A DNA stretch of 64,000 nt, from NCBI GenBank assembly GCA_905178155.1, contig CAJINV010000020.1, positions 1,240,001 through 1,304,000 of the forward strand. Reading direction: 5' to 3'. The translations under genes and the position numbers were made by a program. Positions 59,938-64,000 of the stretch are shown piece after piece. The first letter of the stretch is position 1, and every line of letters starts with the position of its first letter. Under the pieces are notes generated by a model. The model saw only the letters and a program-made list of their open reading frames with translations, did not search any database and was not told the origin of the DNA. This DNA is from Amoebophrya sp. A120. Lineage: Eukaryota; Protista; Dinoflagellata.

Positions 59938-62900
59938 CTACCCTGCATCCTCATCCACCCCCGCAGCTACCGCTTCTTCTTGAAGATCTTGTTCAGCGTC
60001 ATTTTCGTTTTCGTTCTCCTGATTCGACTGTTCCTCATCGTCAACCGTTAGATCCAGGTCGTCCAGTGTAATCCCCTCAAAGTCGCTGGGAGAAAAAATT
60101 GGCTTTTCATCCTCTACTTCTCCCGGCTCGTACAGTCGCCTGTTTTCTTTCACCGCCGCAAAAATTTCCTCGTCCTGCAGAAACTCCCGCGGTATGGCCT
60201 TGACGGCAGCTTTCCGCCCCCTTTCGCCTCGCAACGCGGCGAGCATTAGCTGCTTTCCCTGTGCCGGGCTTCGAAGCAGGCCCGGACAGACGAAGCGCAG
60301 TGCTTTCCCCGTGTTCGTGACCGCTGCCATCGCGAGTTTGAAGTTGTGTCGCAGCGGCGTGTAGGCCAACGCTGTGCCGTCGATCTGCACGAGCTTCAGC
60401 ATACGGTCGAAGTTTTGCAGCGTGTTCTTATCGTGCCACTTCAAGCCGCTAAGGACCTCCACGTTGCCGGCGATGGCAACTTCGTACAGGAATTCAGCGC
60501 GACGGGAAACGAGCGGGTGATCATCCGCAACATCCAAATACGTGCCAGCGAGGTAGTGCACGTAGGTGGTACTTTTCAAAGCGGCTTGAAAAATATCCTC
60601 ATCCGCAACGCCGAGGAATTTCTCGCCGCGAGCGAAAAAAATCGCCTCCGGATTCTGCTTCACGGCTGCCAGAACGACAGCGCGGCACTCCATGCGCATT
60701 TTCATCGGACAATGTTTCAGCGCCAGGCCGTTCTGCGATACAGCGACAAGGCAGAGTTCCTCGTCCTCAAGCAACTTGACCGGGACGTGCTGCAGCGCCA
60801 AGCCGTCATGCTGCAAAGCAGCCCTGATTATTTTTCGATCGTTCCGCAAAGCCCAGCCAGCGTACCGAATCGCCTTTCCGTTCTGCTGCACTGCAGCGAA
60901 GACAATCTCGAAGTCGCACCGGTTTGCGCATGAAGTTCGCGACAATAGTGTGTCGATGGAAAGAGCGCCGTCCTTCAAAAGGCTCTTTGCGGGGTTTGTA
61001 TATATGCCCAGATGTTCGCTCCACTTCCGCAACGCCAGGGCATCCTCTTTCTGCTCTTTAGACAATTTGCTGCATGAACTCCTGATCGTCTGCAATTTCT
61101 CGGCCACCTGGCGAATTACCGCGAGAACGAAGCGTCGGTCCGCAAGTACTTCTGTGCTGGCAACCTTGGTGGCGAAACAGAAATCGATCTCCACAGCTTT
61201 ATGAAGAAATGCCGCGTCTCTTCGAAGAACCCACGGAAACTGGTAGTCAGCGTAATAGTAGCCGTACTTACGTCGTCTCTCCTGGGGCGACGTCGCATGG
61301 CGTAACACATTCAGCCAAAACTCGGGGCTGAATTGTTTCTCCGGAGGGAATTTCGCTAAGAGGTCGGACGACTCCAAAACCAAATCTGCGAAATTCGGGC
61401 CCATTTGCACCGCCTGCACCTTTTCCTCCGATTTGAGAAAGTCGAAGAATTTGCTGTCGATGCGGTGCGGCGATTCCGTTTCCGCTATACACCTCAAGAG
61501 CGACGGATCTCCTTGTTGTTCCGGACTCAGGCTCATCCAAAAGTCACACAGAGGCCCTTCATCCGGAGCGTCCTCATCCTGCGGATCAATAGGTCGATCG
61601 GTCCTCAAAACTGACCGCAAGAATTTCTTCGGCACCTCTGGGGCCAGCTCTGACCGATACTTGCTACGGAGGAGTTCCCATACCTTGTCGGGCACCTCGC
61701 AGGCGAGCGCTGCTACGACAAGGGGGAGCGCCTCCCTGGCAGATCCTTGTCCGCTCTGCTGGTGGTTCTTAGCGATTGCGAGAAGAAGATGGCGAGCGTT
61801 AGCTGCAAGCCAATTTCTGCTGTTGTCTAGGAATCCCGCAAAACGCCACATGTCTTCTTCTTGCGGCCAGTAGAGCAACCGCTCCCCCTTCAGAGTTGCT
61901 TCAGCTGCGGCGAGGATGACTTCTTGTTGCAGTCGAACGTCGTCATCGAGTCGAGGGAAGCACAGGAAACCGAACATGCGGGCGGTGGTCACCGCGAGAG
62001 CGGAACACGCCCGCGACTTCGGCGATGTGAACATCTCGAATGCAAGGGCGGTGAAATAGCTTCCGTATACAGCTTCACACATGAATCGCCCGTCCTTTTG
62101 CAGCACTTTGAGGAGCGTCGTATCGGCGACGGAAGCGAGAGTCGAGACCGAAGACTGTGGACGAGGAGCAAGGGCCCCCCGCGAATCAGCTCCTGTCGGT
62201 TGAAAAACACGACCGGCAACATTCACAATTTCATATAATGGCGGATGACCCCGCCTGGGAGAACTAACGTCGGGAAGAAGGTGACCGACCTCGCACACGA
62301 GGTCAGCGATTTCCTGCAGAGAAAGCGGTATCTTTTTCCACCCCGAAAAGAAGAAGTCACCAGGTTCTCCCAGGTTTTCAACAAAACGCTGATCACCGCG
62401 GATAAAAGCCTCCCGAAGTGCCCCTACAAGGCCAAGATGTCGAACCAGGGCCGCGGCTCCGGAATTCGTATCAGCAGACGAACGTCCTCGTCCTGGTCCG
62501 CGCACGGTGGTCGTCGTGTTGAACTCTGAGGCCGCCCCCGCGCCGCCGACAAGTGGGAGGTGGGCTTGGGCACGGAGAATGTCAGGAACTCCGTCAATAT
62601 CAGCTGTATTCCCAGCGGAGGCGCCTTCTCGTGACGACCCGGTTTTGTGCGGACCGATGTACTCTATGTACGTGGCCTTTGGATCAAAGTTGCGGTTGTA
62701 GGGCAGGAGCTCCCGTGAGAACGGGGTCAGAGCAAGATGTTCACCGCGGGTCCAAGATTCGAGGTACTTGTCAAGCCCGTCTCCGGAAATTCCGCATGCG
62801 AGCGCTAGTCGAGCGATTGCTCCGAAAGCGTGTATTGCCGTGGAGGTGCGAGTGCGTTTCCATTTCGGGGGCCGCGTCAGAACCGGTCTCATCTCATTGT

Positions 62901-63873
62901 CTGAATCTTCGCCGTCTCCTAAGACGAATCCGAGAAGGATGTGTGAAGAGTAATTCTTTTCGGAGAATGTAGTTGGGCCCATCGCGTACAGCAACATCAG
63001 CGGGATTTTCGGGCGGTTCGCAGTCCCCGTGCATACCCACTTGGTACCGTCCCGCAGTAGGCTCATTGCGCGCCCTGTTTTAATGGTTCTGCAGCTTTCA
63101 CCCAGACCGAAGTCTTCACTGTCTGTGATCTCCCGGGCGTTACACGACTCGCCCGAAAAGTCACTTGACGCAACTTTCGAAGCCCACGCCAGTAGCCAGA
63201 GATCTTGGTCGTTGGCCAACACTGATGGACTACCCTCGTCATAGTTATCTCCGTTTGCGCGAACGAGCTCACACATGAATTCCCGATTCCTTCGGAACTT
63301 GGCCCCGGCTGGGGTTCCAAGAAATGCCTTTACGACGCGTGGATCCAGTTTGCAAAAAAACTGCAGGAGTTGGTCCATAACGAAATCGGGAGTTGCAAAA
63401 AGCGTTGCAGTCTTCGTGTCAGTTCCAACCTCGTCGAAAATGACGTGCATTCCCGGCGGACCAAAATGGTCTTCAAGCGTCTGCAGATGCGCGTACAAGC
63501 AGTCGGGGTCGGCAGCGAACATCACATCCAGCTCTGGCAGTATCCCCAATGGCTGCGGAAAAAAATCATCATCATCACCGTAGCTGGTCAGATTGCGAAG
63601 GCGAAGAATATCTTGCGCGACGCAGATATTTTCGCTTTTCCATTTCGATGCGTCAGGAAGAAAGTTGAAGTGCTGGAGGATTTCACGAAGAACCAGCTGC
63701 TGCTCATCACCACGTCCGCCAAGATTTGAGAGCGCCTCCAAGATGATGTTGACGTCGCGCTTCAGCCGCGGACTCACTGAGTCTTCGTAACGGCATCCGT
63801 GCCTGCGCACCGCAAGCATGGCGAGGGTAAAGTCGTCGCGCAGCTCCTCTCGCAACCAACCGTCCGAGAAGAA
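59938..63873 (-). CDS. DUF4116 repeat-containing protein, 5' exons outside the window
   Basis: Repeats such as DFEIVFAAVQQNGKAIRYAGWALRNDRKIIRAALQHDGLALQHV and DEELCLVAVSQNGLALKHC. The frame opens at an AG acceptor (63874-63875), not at an ATG. Confidence 0.85.
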   Translation of the reverse strand, partial: FFSDGWLREELRDDFTLAMLAVRRHGCRYEDSVSPRLKRDVNIILEALSNLGGRGDEQQLVLREILQHFNFLPDASKWKSENICVAQDILRLRNLTSYGDDDDFFPQPLGILPELDVMFAADPDCLYAHLQTLEDHFGPPGMHVIFDEVGTDTKTATLFATPDFVMDQLLQFFCKLDPRVVKAFLGTPAGAKFRRNREFMCELVRANGDNYDEGSPSVLANDQDLWLLAWASKVASSDFSGESCNAREITDSEDFGLGESCRTIKTGRAMSLLRDGTKWVCTGTANRPKIPLMLLYAMGPTTFSEKNYSSHILLGFVLGDGEDSDNEMRPVLTRPPKWKRTRTSTAIHAFGAIARLALACGISGDGLDKYLESWTRGEHLALTPFSRELLPYNRNFDPKATYIEYIGPHKTGSSREGASAGNTADIDGVPDILRAQAHLPLVGGAGAASEFNTTTTVRGPGRGRSSADTNSGAAALVRHLGLVGALREAFIRGDQRFVENLGEPGDFFFSGWKKIPLSLQEIADLVCEVGHLLPDVSSPRRGHPPLYEIVNVAGRVFQPTGADSRGALAPRPQSSVSTLASVADTTLLKVLQKDGRFMCEAVYGSYFTALAFEMFTSPKSRACSALAVTTARMFGFLCFPRLDDDVRLQQEVILAAAEATLKGERLLYWPQEEDMWRFAGFLDNSRNWLAANARHLLLAIAKNHQQSGQGSAREALPLVVAALACEVPDKVWELLRSKYRSELAPEVPKKFLRSVLRTDRPIDPQDEDAPDEGPLCDFWMSLSPEQQGDPSLLRCIAETESPHRIDSKFFDFLKSEEKVQAVQMGPNFADLVLESSDLLAKFPPEKQFSPEFWLNVLRHATSPQERRRKYGYYYADYQFPWVLRRDAAFLHKAVEIDFCFATKVASTEVLADRRFVLAVIRQVAEKLQTIRSSCSKLSKEQKEDALALRKWSEHLGIYTNPAKSLLKDGALSIDTLLSRTSCANRCDFEIVFAAVQQNGKAIRYAGWALRNDRKIIRAALQHDGLALQHVPVKLLEDEELCLVAVSQNGLALKHCPMKMRMECRAVVLAAVKQNPEAIFFARGEKFLGVADEDIFQAALKSTTYVHYLAGTYLDVADDHPLVSRRAEFLYEVAIAGNVEVLSGLKWHDKNTLQNFDRMLKLVQIDGTALAYTPLRHNFKLAMAAVTNTGKALRFVCPGLLRSPAQGKQLMLAALRGERGRKAAVKAIPREFLQDEEIFAAVKENRRLYEPGEVEDEKPIFSPSDFEGITLDDLDLTVDDEEQSNQENENENDAEQDLQEEAVAAGVDEDAG

Positions 63874-64000
63874 CTATTGTTTTTATAAATTTTTTTCTTT
63901 GGTCAGCGTTGTCTGTGCTTCTGCTTGATTGAATGAATTCACTTCTTGTAGTACTTCTACTTGCATCAGGATGAGGCTGCATGTTCAAAAAAATTTTTTT

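Noticed and set aside
1-64000. Autonomous transposase, rRNA/tRNA/snRNA genes or relic spliced-leader copies
   Set aside because: No DDE, reverse transcriptase or recombinase motifs in the ORF track, and no RNA gene or CCGTAGCCATTTTGGCTCAAG match noticed by eye. Infernal and tRNAscan were not run.

Overview
This is eukaryotic nuclear DNA. Thirteen protein-coding genes, all on the minus strand, form one co-oriented block with short spacers. The gene style and intron type point to an Amoebophrya-like parasitic dinoflagellate (Syndiniales); this is an inference. Genes, left to right: a giant ankyrin-repeat protein (3' end outside the window), a small C2H2 zinc-finger ORF, a PDZ + AAA_33/PNK-like kinase, NOP53, a tandem ABC-ATPase + Mom-like GNAT + CUE/UBA fusion, a DnaJ + C2 protein, a large hypothetical protein, a cold-shock-domain protein with a mitochondrial-type leader, an SLC12 cation-chloride cotransporter, BCAS2/SPF27, a glycosyltransferase-like membrane protein, a CFAP97-like protein, a tektin-like protein and a DUF4116 repeat protein (5' end outside the window). 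The zinc-finger ORF is extra to the thirteen and tentative. The main signal is 14 short (109-301 bp) DNA-transposon-like introns (introners) from about 7 TIR families, all inside coding sequence. Each runs TAT...ATA (one begins AAT) and is flanked by a 5-bp target-site duplication (TSD). Removing the element plus one TSD copy restores the protein frame, mostly without GT-AG ends. Unrelated families share an internal GCAT(G/T/C)ACAAAT motif, often as a pair 31-32 bp apart. Three unusually large introns each hold a GC-rich island; one carries near-perfect palindromes next to a 19-bp tandem array. All gene models were spliced by hand and have no RNA support.
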